From NCBI GenBank assembly GCA_030295235.1, contig AP026164.1, forward strand, positions 2,232,001-2,296,000: 64,000 nt of DNA, written 5' to 3'. A program made the position numbers and the translations under genes. Positions 24,238-36,800 of the stretch are shown one piece after another (position 1 is the stretch's first letter; the number at the start of each line of letters is the position of its first letter). Below the pieces are notes generated by a model, which was not told the DNA's origin, ran no database searches, and saw only the letters and a program-made list of their open reading frames with translations. This stretch comes from Fistulifera solaris. Its lineage: Eukaryota.

Positions 24238-26483
24238 GACTGTGTCTTTCGCCGGAAAACGATGCAGGAATCTGTGATCGATCACTTGAGGAGATTGCAG
24301 CACTCAATTGTTTCCGATCAGAAGCTATTCCTTTCAAGCTGATTAGCATATATCAAAAAGAAAGTGGAACATCGGATTGAAACGAAAAGTGATGGTGATG
24401 GACGCCGAGCGACGGACTTTCTTGAAGATGAGGGATAGGGATAGAAGTGTTGGTAGGAGTGAGTCGTGAATCGTGAATCGTGAATCGTGGACCATTATTG
24501 TCAATTAGTGACTGCGACAACAAACAATAAAAATAGGAAATTAGGGAATGAAATTAAGGAGGATAGTTAGCCGTTCATTCATTACTGTAAGCCGTAAGCC
24601 AAAAAACATCTCTTGCTACCCTAAGTACCAGTAATACCATAATCATATTTTTATTTACCAGTTGTATCATTTTTTTGCTTTTGTTACCGCTTTTTGCGTA
24701 ATTCGTTGTTCGACACGCGACCATAGCAAATTGTGCAAGTCGGCAATCAACGAAGTTCTGTGCTTTGAATGTTTTTTTTAATAAAAAAGATACGGCTTGG
24801 ATAGGGTCGTTTATTATTTCCAAATTAAATGTACGGAGTAGTCTATACATGAAAAAAATTCTTACAAGATTGAAATCATTCGTGAGCTGTAACAATCATT
24901 CCACCAAACAGGGGGCCAAACAGGCAATTTACAAGTACAAGGTACTCCAAGAATCACAAGCTGGGAAGCTTAGCCATTCCATGCGCCAGCGCATGCATCG
25001 ATGTACAGCTCTTCTCGTTCGAGCGGCAAAACCGGTAAAAAGACTGGCCAACAAGAATTCATTTGAACAAACAAATCATTTTAAGCAAATGGAAGAAAAC
25101 CATAGAAGCCGTCAAACTTTAAAAACTAAACAACGAAGCAATCGATTGAGTGACAAGCGAGTGATCAAAGATTGATCGGATCAAACAAAAGACCACCGGT
25201 CGAACGACTGGCTTAACAACAATCAACAGATCAGAAAAACCGTGAACTGAACTGAACATGTACCAATCGGCTCGCGTCGGAATCCTATTTGCTTGGCAAC
25301 TTTTCATGCAACTAAGCAAAGAGGGAAGTACTTGAACACAAGTAAGGCAACGAACAAGGATGATGAACACCGACAAAGATGATCGGTGCGTCAATTAAAG
25401 TGAAATATCTGCGAAAGCAGCGAATCAAAGTTGTCCGCGGCACACTAAACGAAACATAGAACCAATGTGAATGAATAGGCTCTCCTTGTGGGCATTGTGT
25501 GTGAGTGGAGTGGTGTGAGCATAGTGGGGAAAGAGCCATTTTTGACATGAACGTCTTGCATCAACGGAGAACGGTTGGATTCGATCGGAAGCCTGCTTGC
25601 TCCAAACGAACATCGTAAACGGTCGACGTAAGGTAGTGACCGGGTGGAAGGATGGACCAACCGGTAATGGATGATGACGTAGAGGAGGAGGAGCGTCAAC
25701 AACGGTCAACGACGGATAATCATCGGAATACTTTGTAGTTTGTTGGTACACTTATTTGACGTACTACAAAATTATTCATATTCGAAAAACATATTTTGTA
25801 GCTTTTAAAATTCTGAATCTATCTATATTATCTTTTTCGTTCGAAGTTTTCATGAAAGATAAAAATGAGCATGAAAATGGGAAATTTGTACGTAGAATTA
25901 TACAGTAAAAATTTTTGTGGACTCTCTGGTACATTTTTTACGAGGTGTACATGGTGTAATGACGGACGAACACCAGCTGTACAGGTACATACCTTGAACT
26001 ATGTTTTCCGAAACGATTTAATATTTAATCCTTGAAGCGTGAAGCGTGAAGTACTAAACAGTAGGGAAGTTTCTCGCTGGCAGCTGTTAGCTGTTACTTT
26101 TCATTCAAGGTAAAGTATTGATACGGGCAGAAAAAATTGATACGGGCAGATGGTTCGCATTTATCGCGGGAACTATACCAACAGAAAACACAACCGAGCG
26201 AACTGTACAGTAGAGTCTCGAATGTCGAACGTCGAAAGTCAGCCGAAAGAAAAATATTCCAATTCTCTCGATAAATACGGAGTAATCTTTAATCTTCGCA
26301 ATTTAAGGGCCTTACCAGGTACCAATACCGATCGACCCAATCGACATTCGATTCAATCGAGCTCGATAAGATTGGAGTAGAATATAGAATTACTTCGCAA
26401 ATCGTAGACTACGATACCTGGTACTTGCAAACTTTCTCGAGTCTCACCGTCGCATTTAATCTTTGACGCATTCCGCCTCAAAC

Positions 26484-27152
26484 ATGAGTCCCTACTACTG
26501 CAGCGCTCTTTTATGCCGCGGACGAGCTTCCATTCCTTGTGAACATTGTAGCTATGTCAAGTATTGCTCGGACCACTGCCGACGTCGTGACTGCGAACAA
26601 CTCCATGGAAAGCTTTGTCCCCACTATCAAAGAATCGGATCAGGAAATGGCGATGATCCGAGAGGTGTACTCATGTTTGTTGAGATGCTGTATGGCAGAG
26701 CTAGTTGGTATCGTGCGTTCGAGACGGATGAGAACGTGTGCCTCTTTGCCAAAGGTTGCTTCGAAACGGGGAGTGTGATACGGCATGTTCAAACGGGACG
26801 ACTCCTGACGATGGACATTCTATTGCAAGAAATGACTGCCGAAGAACGCCGTTTGACAATGATGAGCGTTGCGTGCTGGCGAATCGCACAGATGCACCCG
26901 AATGAGAACAAGATAAAAATTATGCTTTCCAAAACGCCCTTGATATGCCATCGATGCCAAAGACACCATGGTGATACGTTCGGTATGGTTCCAGATCGCA
27001 ACTTTGGTGGTTTCTTGTACTTGTGTATTGACTGCGAGCGACAGAATGACCTAGTTGTCGATTTGTTTCAAGTTCCCTGGAGAGAGGAATCGACTATCAG
27101 TCGAGAGCGTTTTCCGGCTTGGCTACAAGAATCTCTCCCCAGCAGTTTATAG
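26484..27152 (+). CDS. MYND-type zinc-finger protein
   Basis: N-terminal CSALLC...PCEHCSYVKYCSDHCRRRD...LHGKLC, plus further CHRC and CIDC pairs. Confidence 0.75.
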   Translation: MSPYYCSALLCRGRASIPCEHCSYVKYCSDHCRRRDCEQLHGKLCPHYQRIGSGNGDDPRGVLMFVEMLYGRASWYRAFETDENVCLFAKGCFETGSVIRHVQTGRLLTMDILLQEMTAEERRLTMMSVACWRIAQMHPNENKIKIMLSKTPLICHRCQRHHGDTFGMVPDRNFGGFLYLCIDCERQNDLVVDLFQVPWREESTISRERFPAWLQESLPSSL

Positions 27153-27358
27153 TTAAGGCCCCAGTAACAATCGTAGAAGTCGCACCTCCGTGCTATTTGT
27201 TTCAAACAGTGCTAGGGGTTATCGTTTTCTTTCGACATGAAGCTGCTTACTTAGTTATTATGTTTTTGACAAAATATAGTCAAACAGCACTTGCGCTAGA
27301 GAAATGAACATGATAACAAGTAAGTAACTTCTCGTTTATAACAGTTAACGCCCTGATA

Positions 27359-28218
27359 TTAACGTGGACGTGGTGAAAAGTACAGAATCGGAGCCGACGC
27401 ACTAGCGTGCAAGGCCTGTGGTCGATGACTCGCATTTTCCGGCGGATCGGAACCTACGGCAGGGGGCGACGAATGTCGACGCGGGGGTGTCATGCTGTGA
27501 GAAACAGAAACATCGTCCAGTGCACCACCGAAGGCGCTTTGGCTCATGAGGGTTCGGGCAACAGGATTTTCGCAGGCGGAGCGCACGCTGACATGCCCAT
27601 CGGATTGATAGCTCTCCAGCAACTGCAAAACATGATCTTCAAGGGTGGATGAAGTTGTATTCAAACTGCATTCACTGGAAACCGACATGGATGAGTTGAT
27701 TGCATCATCGGAGCCATCGCATTCTTCCATGACACCATGCGCTGGTCGAAATTCATTTAGTGGTACGCCAAATTCGTAGCTAGGAGACTCCCAGGGTTGA
27801 TGTAGGTGCACCCCTCCATCCAAATCAGTGTCTATTCCCACGGCCGAAAAACGTTTAAGATCACTTCCTGGTGTCGACCGACGCGTAGCTTGTAATTTCT
27901 TCATCGTTTTGTTCTTGAGAACTTTCGATGCTCGGGAATCTGTTGGACTTTGGCCGGATTGAGCGGATCCTATCGCTTGTCGAGGTGTGACTTTCGAGGA
28001 AGAAAAACATAAAGAAGGCACAAATGTAGTGCTGTCACTTTTTGACCCTGCCATCATATTCTCTTTTTCTTTGGCGACATGTTGCAACCTAGTATCGGAA
28101 TAGCGAGGTTAGAACGAGTTTCAAAGTGTCAACAAGTCGGAACAGCCCCATCCAGCACTTACCTTTTTCCAGAGTGGGGTTCTAATCGATTGGGATGCTG
28201 GTGAACATTTTCTGCCAT
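27359..28218 (-). CDS. Ser/Pro-rich hypothetical protein (exons 28218-28163, 28088-27359)
   Basis: ATG at 28218. A GTAAGT...CTAG intron at 28162-28089 joins in frame to the 242-codon ORF. No recognised domain. Confidence 0.55.
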
Positions 28219-29299
28219 TTTTTGTGGAAGTTGTCGTCGTTAAAATCCTTTGTGTTGGGGGATTTTGTGTATGAGAAATGCAGCTTGTTTGTGGTCAGAA
28301 ATGTTTGCCCCTCACGATTGAGAATGAACAACTCAGAATACAAAGATACCGTTGCAAGATTGATGAATGCGTTCCAAGATCATTCAAATCGCTCGATTTA
28401 GAAAGCAAACAGGTCTGTTGACGTTGGCAGTTGTATTGGAATAAATGTAATTGCGATGGATCAAATGCTCAACGTCAAAGGGTAGAGTCTGTTGCTGTAG
28501 CAGCTCTGTTCGATCCGACTCGACCTTGATTTGATTTATATACAACGGCTTTAAAATATAGACTCTAGTAGCCCCAATCGGTTGCCATTACCATGGCTTC
28601 GATATATTTTGACATCAAATAAACAGTTGTCGAGAATTCTTTCCGATACATGGTACATCAGATCTTGGTAAACGCATTTCAATTGTTATCATATCTAGGA
28701 AACATGTTCTCTGAGGCAGTGAACAAAAAACTTTAAGTGAAAACCGTATTATTCATGCTCCCATTTTGTAAAGATCATGGCTACAGGTTATGTATACAGT
28801 ACTTTTGAACCGTTGTACATGAAGTACCAGTAAATCACAAGCTGCCGTACGTGATTTTTCTCCAGTCACAACGAACTCTATGATGACCTACTGTCCGTGA
28901 CTGACACTGGACTGGATGTTCTTACCGGCTTACTAAAACGGAGGAGGGAGAAACGACAGCATCTCGCATCAACATGGTAATAGCACATCGTTGCAAGTGA
29001 ATTATTTGAAGAATCAGAAGAGGTATGTGAATTTTCTTTGATAGAGACGAACGAAAAAAGTAGACGCCATAGAATATCGATAGACAAACACATATGCAGG
29101 CCACCGAAACAACAAACTGCACAAAAAGCCGATTGGAGGTGCATCTTTTCGGGATGTCCCAAGACAATTGGCAACCTTATTGCTTTATCGCTTCTTCATC
29201 AAATGAACCTCTGCATTTCTATTTGTGGCCGGTTTATGAATGCGTGAATTTCCGTCTCACACTATTCCTTTTTGTCAATTATTTACTTACAGCTGAACG

Positions 29300-29617
29300 A
29301 TGACTGTCAAGCGACGCAACCACGGACGCAATAAACACGGACGAGGACATGTTAAGCGTGTCCGCTGTGTGTCTACCGGAAAGGCTATTCCGAAAGACAA
29401 GGCAATCAAGCGATTCATTGTTCGTAACATTGTTGACGCTTCATCTTTGAGAGACATTAAAGATGCTTCAGCATACCAGGAATACCAGTTGCCCAAGCTG
29501 TATTTGAAAATGTATTACTGCGTCGAAGCTGCTGTGCACCAGCGTATTGTGCGTGGTCGATCGCGGGAGCAGCGTCGTGTCCGAACTCCTCCTCCTCGCT
29601 TTGGTGCTCGTAAATAA
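29300..29617 (+). CDS. RPS26: 40S ribosomal protein S26 (eS26)
   Basis: [18 protein letters not shown]...[17 protein letters not shown]...[12 protein letters not shown]...[10 protein letters not shown]. Probable 5'UTR intron acceptor (TTACAG) at 29292. Confidence 0.98.
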   Translation: MTVKRRNHGRNKHGRGHVKRVRCVSTGKAIPKDKAIKRFIVRNIVDASSLRDIKDASAYQEYQLPKLYLKMYYCVEAAVHQRIVRGRSREQRRVRTPPPRFGARK

Positions 29618-30350
29618 ATTAAAGAAGAAACAATAAAAAATCTTCTCCATCATTGATCGGACTAGACATTCATGTTTTTCGTCCATTGTAGCTCTATTTT
29701 ATTAGATTCAATTATCAATTGGACATACTTAGTATAGTTACGGAAGCGATCTTACCTGGGGAATACCAGCATCTTTTGCAACGTGGGGCAAACCGGGATG
29801 TTGATTAGTCCGTAATGCGATCACTCTATTATCAGCCCTATTCGTCGTAACTGTCGACAACTGTGAACTTCTCTCCAAAATAGAATCTTGTGCCGATAAG
29901 CAAATGAATCTAGTTGTTAGTCTAGCTGATTTACACCAAAAAGGGAACGTCGCGCTGCATTTTAAAAAGTCCACGCGCTTCTCACGTGGCCGCCGTACCA
30001 ACTGATCGTTTTACATTTTATTCCTCAGTGAAAGGCACGACTTGACTGACGACTCCCGATCACAATCGGAAAAGAACTTTCGATTGGCATCGAAAAAAGA
30101 AAAACTCCTCGTCGTTTATCGTCGCATACTTTGTAAGCAAGAAGATAAAGTAGAGGAGGAGTCGAATCGAAACAGAACCAGATTCATTGAGATGAATAGA
30201 ATTCCGCGAGACCATGCCACGGGGACGAGTGACTCAATTTCGCTTCGCTTGAAAAATTTATGTAGTATTCACAAATTATTACACAAAAACACCGAGATAA
30301 TCTAGAAAGTCACAAACACATCCAAGACATCTTTTATTGAACGAGATACA

Positions 30351-31021
30351 ATGAAATTTAACGCTATCTTATTCGGTACTACCTTGTTCGCCACAAGCAA
30401 CGCTGCTTCCGCCTTTGTCCTGAATTTTAAAAGAGCAACCTTCGTCACTGCGCTGAGTCCGTTACAGTCTCAAACTTCCCCGACTTCCGAGGCCAGTGAG
30501 AATGCAGTCCAAGCCGCGTTAGCAGCATCCAAGAAATATGGCCCAAGCTCCGCCGAGGCACGTGTCGCTTGGGACGTTGTAGAAGAACTGAGTGCGGCCC
30601 GATCGCACGCGAATGAAGATATCGAAGTTCGAACAGTCAAGTCCGCAGAACTCCGTGGCTACCTGGAAGAGTTCTCTGCTTCGGAAGAAATGAAAATGAA
30701 ACTAGCGAGAATGAAGGCATTGGCAGAAGAGATCCAAGCCATCAAAATGACCAGTCCTTCCTCGAGTCAAGACAAGTCCCCATCGTCCCCGCGGTGCAAG
30801 ATGCACTCAAAAAAGCCAAAGAAGCGCGTGCGAAACACGGCGATCATTCTCCCGAGGCGAAACTAGCTTGGGAAGCCTTGGAAGAAATAGCCTCTAAGGA
30901 GAGTCACAAGAAAGATTTCGAAGAAGCCATCAACTACGATGAGGAATGCTACGTGGACTCGGCCATGGAAGTATGCAAGGCAATGGAAGAACTGAAGATG
31001 AAGCTCAGTCGGTCGTTGTAA
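30351..31021 (+). CDS. CP12: Plastid-targeted CP12-like protein with two AWD/E-VEE motifs (frameshift near 30790)
   Basis: Signal peptide ending NAASA-F. EARVAWDVVEELSAARSH and EAKLAWEALEEIAS motifs, with C-terminal EECYVDSAMEVC. Confidence 0.8.
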
Positions 31022-31098
31022 ATATCCAGAGCATGAATGTTAACAGACATAGCATCATTATTATCAAATGAAAAAATAGTAGATTGCCTTTTCGAAAA

Positions 31099-31893
31099 TT
31101 ACAAAGCATCGAGTCGAGCTTTTAAATCCGGCAAGACCTCATCCAAAACTTCTTCCTCTTCTGCTTGTAATTTCTTTGCGGGAGCATTCAGACCCACCAT
31201 TTGCTGATCCAATTCCACGCCCAATTCCGCCAACACTTGATTTGTCAGCTGATCCGCCTCTTCTTCCATACCCTCCGAATCAAAGGCATCCATCAAAACA
31301 TCGTCCATCATTTCCTCCTTCACCTGTATACGTTCGTTCTCACGCTGGAATTCTGCCATAATTTTCGTTGTTTTCTTAATATCCATCTGCTTATTGGCCA
31401 CTTTCATGGATTCGGTAATGGATCCCATGGCGGTCACCGCCGCAATCTGACTGGCCGCCACCGTCGCATGCATTCCCATGGCTCCCACTTGCGCTTTGGC
31501 CGTATGCAATTTGTTGCGTTGTTGTCGCACTTGAACCATCTGTTTGGCTAATGCTTTGAGTGTAGGATCATTGGCGCTGCTGGCAGTCTTGGCGCGTTGT
31601 TTGAGTTCTACCGTAATGGTCTTTTCTTGTCGGTCGAGTTCACGAATTTCGCGGTCGAGGTCGCGCTGATTCGACTGTTGTAGATGTATATGGGAGCGAA
31701 GAAAATGAGATCAAGAAAACGACATTTCATTCCAAATAGTGTTGAAAAATTATGCAACGAAAGGAATTCAAAAAGATCATTAAAAAACCGGATCAAACAG
31801 AATTCGGCGTGGACCTACCCGGACTTCTCGTCGCGTCTCGCGTTTTGCGTTCTTCGCAGCTTCTTTTGGCGTTTCTTTTTTAAACCAGTTCAT
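31099..31893 (-). CDS. CHMP2: ESCRT-III subunit CHMP2/Vps2 (exons 31893-31819, 31674-31099)
   Basis: A GTAGGT...AACAG intron joins MNWFKKETPKEAAK...EVR to SNQRDLDREIRELDRQEK. Also LAKQMVQVRQQ, KIMAEFQRENE, EMMDDVL, NQVLAELGVEL and the MIM-like end DLKARLDAL. Confidence 0.92.
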
Positions 31894-32314
31894 TTGTAGA
31901 AGTTTTAAAATAGTGCGAGAAGAAAGGATGAAACGAGCACCTTGGTGATTGAAAGAAGTTCCTTATTAGTTGTCCCTCAAGTCTTGTGCGTTCGTTGTTT
32001 TGTGCAGAGGGTTTGAGTCTTGGCTCTGTTTTCGTTTCAGCCGAACTGCTGTTTCAAACGGTAGTCGAAAACTACATTTCAAGAGACTGTAATGTCTCTT
32101 AAAGATACTGGATTGTACCGTGAAACGTCACACTACGAAATACGATCCCCCGTAACATAGCTGTCATACAAAAATACTAGGGAGATCAAAGATGACTGAA
32201 CTGCACAAAATTAGTAAACTTACAGAGAAATAGTCTTAAAAATTCAAACCGCACGAAACCAAAAGGGTTCCTCAAAATAAATAGAAGCCCACGTTGAGCC
32301 TTCCCTAATCAAAA

Positions 32315-33230
32315 TCAGCCGCGAGGAATCACAGTAATTTGCTGGTCCGTCATGACGGATTCCAGCGTCTGCACTCGCTCCTTCAAGGACGCATTTATAT
32401 CTTCCATTTCCCGGAGTCGATTGTGAACGAGTAATACACTCATTGGTTTCCGCGTAGAATCCATAACGGATCGTGCCAATTCATTGAGATCATCATCCTC
32501 GTACTGCTGACCCGTTTCTCGATTTACGACATAGAAAACATCTTCAATCTCGTTCTCGTTCACACTCTTCGCATGCAATTCGACCAAACTACATCCTCTA
32601 GAAGCCAGTGCCGTTGTCATGCTGGCTAGAACCCCGTCCACATTCGGTCCTCGGACCGTTAAAGCCGTGATATCCTCGCGCACCGCGTTCGATGCTTCAA
32701 TCGTGAAAGAGAATTCGTGTTCACTCGTCAGTTCCTGCAGCTTTAACGTCGTACTGCGTTCGGTATCAATAAAGAGCAAATTCAACAACCCCAAGCAACA
32801 TCCCAACATGATTCCGGCCAAATTTCCCGTAAATTTTACTCGTTTCACGTACTTGAGTTGTCGCTGTGCCACCGTCAGCGTATTGGGGGGTAAACCGGCG
32901 GCGTGTGCCAGGGACTCGACCGTTCCTCCGCACATGACACCGGCGGCATCGGAACAAACTTGTCCAAACGCGGCCGCGGTGAGTGTCGATAGACCCAATG
33001 TCACGCCAATCGTACAATCAATCATGTGCCCCGCTTGCAACATAACCGTCTGATCCATGAATCCAAAGCCTACCATGGGAACAGCGGCTCGTAAAAAAGA
33101 CGGCGCGGAGCTGTTCTGGTGTAGGTTCGGGGATGGTTTCTTCTACGAACGTTCCCGAAAGTGTGGATTTGTGCGACCGACGTCGTCCTATAATTTGTCG
33201 ACGAGAGATCATAAGGCCAGTTCGTAGCAT
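32315..33230 (-). CDS. TMEM65: TMEM65-family membrane protein with C-terminal ACT-like domain and coiled coil (frameshift in T-run near 33095)
   Basis: Arg-rich N-terminus MLRTGLMISRRQIIGRRRS. TMEM65 core PTPEQLRAVF..AAVPMVGFGFMDQTVMLQAG..ID..IG..LGLSTLTAAAFGQVCSD. ACT-like LTVRGPNVDGVLASMTTALASRGCSLV...EDVFYV. Confidence 0.8.
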
Positions 33231-33433
33231 TTTATCTTCTTGTAAATATTGATGAACTGTGTCCTTCGTTCGGTCAAGGAAATGATATCTTTTGCATCGT
33301 TGAGGATTGGTACCTGGTACTTGTACCATATCGACAACTCGATGATTTTCTTTGTGTCTTCTTCGCACCCATTGGTGGGAAGTTTGCAACTGCAACCGAG
33401 AATTCGTGACCAGACTGAAAGAAATGAAGTATG

Positions 33434-33885
33434 TCTCACGTATCGACGGACAGAAACAGAAATTCTGTCAACCAAGTCGCTACGTTTCGCAACAACAGAA
33501 GAGGAAGTATCTGGTAGAGCTAAGACGATAAACAGTCAAAGTTTTCCAAACAACAATATTATGAAGCCTTTACAAATCCGACAAATGAACAAGGTGGAAT
33601 CTCACTGGGTGATGGTTCCGCCGAGAATGTCACTGCCATCGGACTAGGTCTTGTTTTATCTTGAAATTCTGAGCTCACGTATGTGGCTCTAACATTCTTG
33701 TATCGCGTTGCTTGCAAACCTTTCACGCCTTCACGATCAACCCAAATCGTGCAAAGACCCTTGGGCCTCGCCCAAGAGGTTACACTCCTGATGCTTCCGA
33801 TTTGGGGATCGGAATTCGCATTAGGTCGTGCGGCCATATTGGCTGAGTCCCTAGTAGTCTGCCCGCTATCCGCATTTCCGTGACA
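33434..33885 (-). repeat. 3' LTR (452 bp)
   Basis: Direct repeat of 40080-40530. By eye it differs only by one extra T near 33680. Preceded on the minus strand by PPT GAGAGGGAG (33894-33886). Confidence 0.96.
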
Positions 33886-36800
33886 CTCCCTCTCAGACGA
33901 AGAGGGACCACTTTCAACCCAACCCATTAACTTGTCTCGAAGATAGGTAAATGTTTCCCTAGGCAATCCTTTCGTCATGATATCCGCAAGCTGTTCTTTA
34001 GTGTCAATCTTGTTGATTTTCAATTCACCACTTTGAACATGTTGTCGGAAGAAATGATACTTCGTGCCGTAGTGCTTCGAGCGAGGGGTCATCCGCGGAA
34101 TCGTAGCAAGAGTGAGCGCTCCATTGTTGTCTTCAAATACATCCGAATGGGCAATGCTCTCGACTTGGTCTTCTCCAGTAATAGCCTTAGCAACAGCAGT
34201 AACAAGTCTTCGCATCGGCAAAACATCGCGCATGGCGGTACTCAATGCGACATATTCACTCTCCATTGTACTTAGAGAGCTTTCAGACTGTAGCTTCGAT
34301 ACCCAAAGTAGGGGGCAATTGCCGAGCGTCAAACTATAACCAGTACGCGACTTCACACTTATCGGATCTTCAGGATCTTCAGCACCCCACAATCCGGCAA
34401 AGTCGGCATCAACAAAACAATCAATTTTCAACTCTTTCGTCGGACGCATCACCAAACCACGATCTGCCGTTCCTTTTAAATAGCGGACGATTCTCTTGAT
34501 CGCTTTAGCATGACTTTGTCTTGGCGAATGAGTGAAACGAGCGCACTGATGGACGGCAAATGCAATATCCGGTCGAGAGTTTGACGACAAGTAGAGCAAC
34601 ATTCCAACAACCGAAGCATAATTCCAAGATTCGGCAAATGCAGCACCAGCCAAATCTTTTCCCAATGGCTTGTTTTCAGCAGGCGTGTCGCAAGAATTAC
34701 AATCAGCCATGTCGGTGGCTTCGATGACGCGTTTAATGAGACCTTTCTGGGTCAACTCGATAGTATCTCCACGACGGGTAAACTGAATTCCCAAGAACGC
34801 GGGAAACATCTTTCGACTCCACAGTTAAAGTTAAAACCTTGTCAATAGTGTCAATCATGTCATCCATGCACTTTTCATCGAGACTGAACCAAAGGCAATC
34901 ATCGACATAAGTCAAACAAATAATTTTCTGCACGAACAGGCAAGCATCGATGTCGACCAACTGTTTGAAACCATGCTTCTCCAAAGTGTCCTTCAATAAG
35001 TTGAAGAATCGGAGAGGACTGTCGGACTTGCCGTGAAAGCGTCTTTTGGAGCATCAAAACAGTATCTTCGCCATCGTCGTGAAATCCTTGAGGCATCTCG
35101 ATGTAGCACTCTTCAGTAGGTGGCAAAGGAGCTTGAGCGAACGCATTGACATAATCAACTTGGCGGGTATGCATTCCGTGGACGATGGACATAATTAACA
35201 GCAACCGAACTGTGGACCACTGTACGACAGGAGAGTAGGACTCAAGTAGTCTACTCCTTTTATCTCCATGTCGCCACGAACGCCAAAATCTCGCCCTTGT
35301 ACTTGGTGGGTGTCCCATCCGGTGAACGTTTAAGCCGAAGCAGCCCAAGTGGATTTTATCACGCTTATTCGCGGGTACTGAAGCTCGCGGAATTTTCTTC
35401 CACGTCCCCATCATCTCCAACATTCGAATTTCTTTCACCATCGCCTCTTGCCATTCTCGATATTCGGCAGACGACATTGCTTGATGATACATTGGATAGT
35501 CGGGATCGGAACCTTTCTTTGGCTTCTTTGCACGCTGCATAGCGCGAAAGCAACAGGGTCGCGCAAATCAAACTCGCCGATCTCCGAATCCCAACAAGCA
35601 ACAAGGCCGGAATGAATCGACGCAATAAAGGAGAAAGTTTAGCGAGGAATCGGCGCAAGAACAACCGAAGCAACGTTTGTAATGAATTCGTTGAATCTCT
35701 TTGGAGCACGTCTCGCGAGTGGATCGGCGAGGTTCGGCAGGAACAGCTGGTGTCTTCTTCCGCGGCGAACTTGATGGAGGCTTGGCATCCACAGCAACCT
35801 TTGGAGCAGGAATCGGCTCAACCGGCTTTGAAATAGGCTCAGATAATTTAACAGGAGTAGTAACTGTCTTTTGTTCTGGCTCCCTCTGCAATGTAGGCTC
35901 GTTTGAACTCTTTTCAGTTGTAGGCTCGGCATCGGTTCGTAATCGCTGGTGCACTTTGTCGAAATCAACTGGAGGGCTAGCAGTGTCTTGGACGCTTCGA
36001 ATTTTGCGAGATCGCTCTTGAATTCGAACATGCAACTCATCTTGACTCAACCATTCATCATCCAAGTCGATCGGATCATCCTCATCGAAAAATACCTGAA
36101 AGCGAGATGATGCGAAGATGTCGGCCCAAGTCTCCGGATCGACAGAATCATCCTCATTAACGACATTCGAAACAGTGGCAAACCAATCATCAACAACAAC
36201 ATGGAACTGCGCGGAAATCCGGTTTGTTTCTAGGTTCAGAACGACAGGAACATTCGATGCATGCCGCTTTGACAAACCCAAGAAAACGCCCGGCGTCTCG
36301 AGCGAGGTTCAAATTTCGAATCTTGTGCCCATCTTGCAACTGAGGGTTCAAAATATAAGCGGGTGATCCCCATACATGCATATCAGCAAACACTTTCCGA
36401 TCGGTCGTTGTTCTGAAGATCATATCAGCCGGAGATGAATTATTTTCGCCGGGTCCGTAGTTGAAATTTTGAACGACATAATCGATCGCCTGAGGCCACA
36501 AATCCGAAGAAATCGCTTTCGGCCAACGCAGTTTAGCATGTAGCATCGTGGTGCGTGCGAGAGATATAATACTTCCGATCGCGCTCAGCAACAGCATTTT
36601 GGTGGTGAGCACCAGGTCCACTGAGAGTCATCGACTGGTAGTTCGTATCAATTTGCTTTGCGAACTCCTGCGCCCGTAAACGTGCCATTGTCAGTATGAT
36701 ATTGGACCACCGTGATGCCGTGATTAGCCATTGCACTTTCGAACTCCAACTTGGCGCGCAAAGCCTCGCCAGCAGTAAAATTCAAAACGTGAACGACATA

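Noticed and set aside
28878..28975. Box C/D snoRNA (ATGATGA...CTGA) or a small exon upstream of RPS26
   Set aside because: The boxes are too close together, and I see no terminal stem or recognisable rRNA guide. The short ORF has no recognisable homology.
33230..33433. Copia insertion disrupting the TMEM65 coding sequence
   Set aside because: A plausible start with a transit peptide lies at 33230, about 200 bp from the insertion, and no coding continuation is evident beyond 40535.
33432..33440. Reading TGTCTCACG as a canonical TG start of the LTR on the plus strand
   Set aside because: The other LTR has CC at these positions, and the TG belongs to the GTATG target-site duplication.
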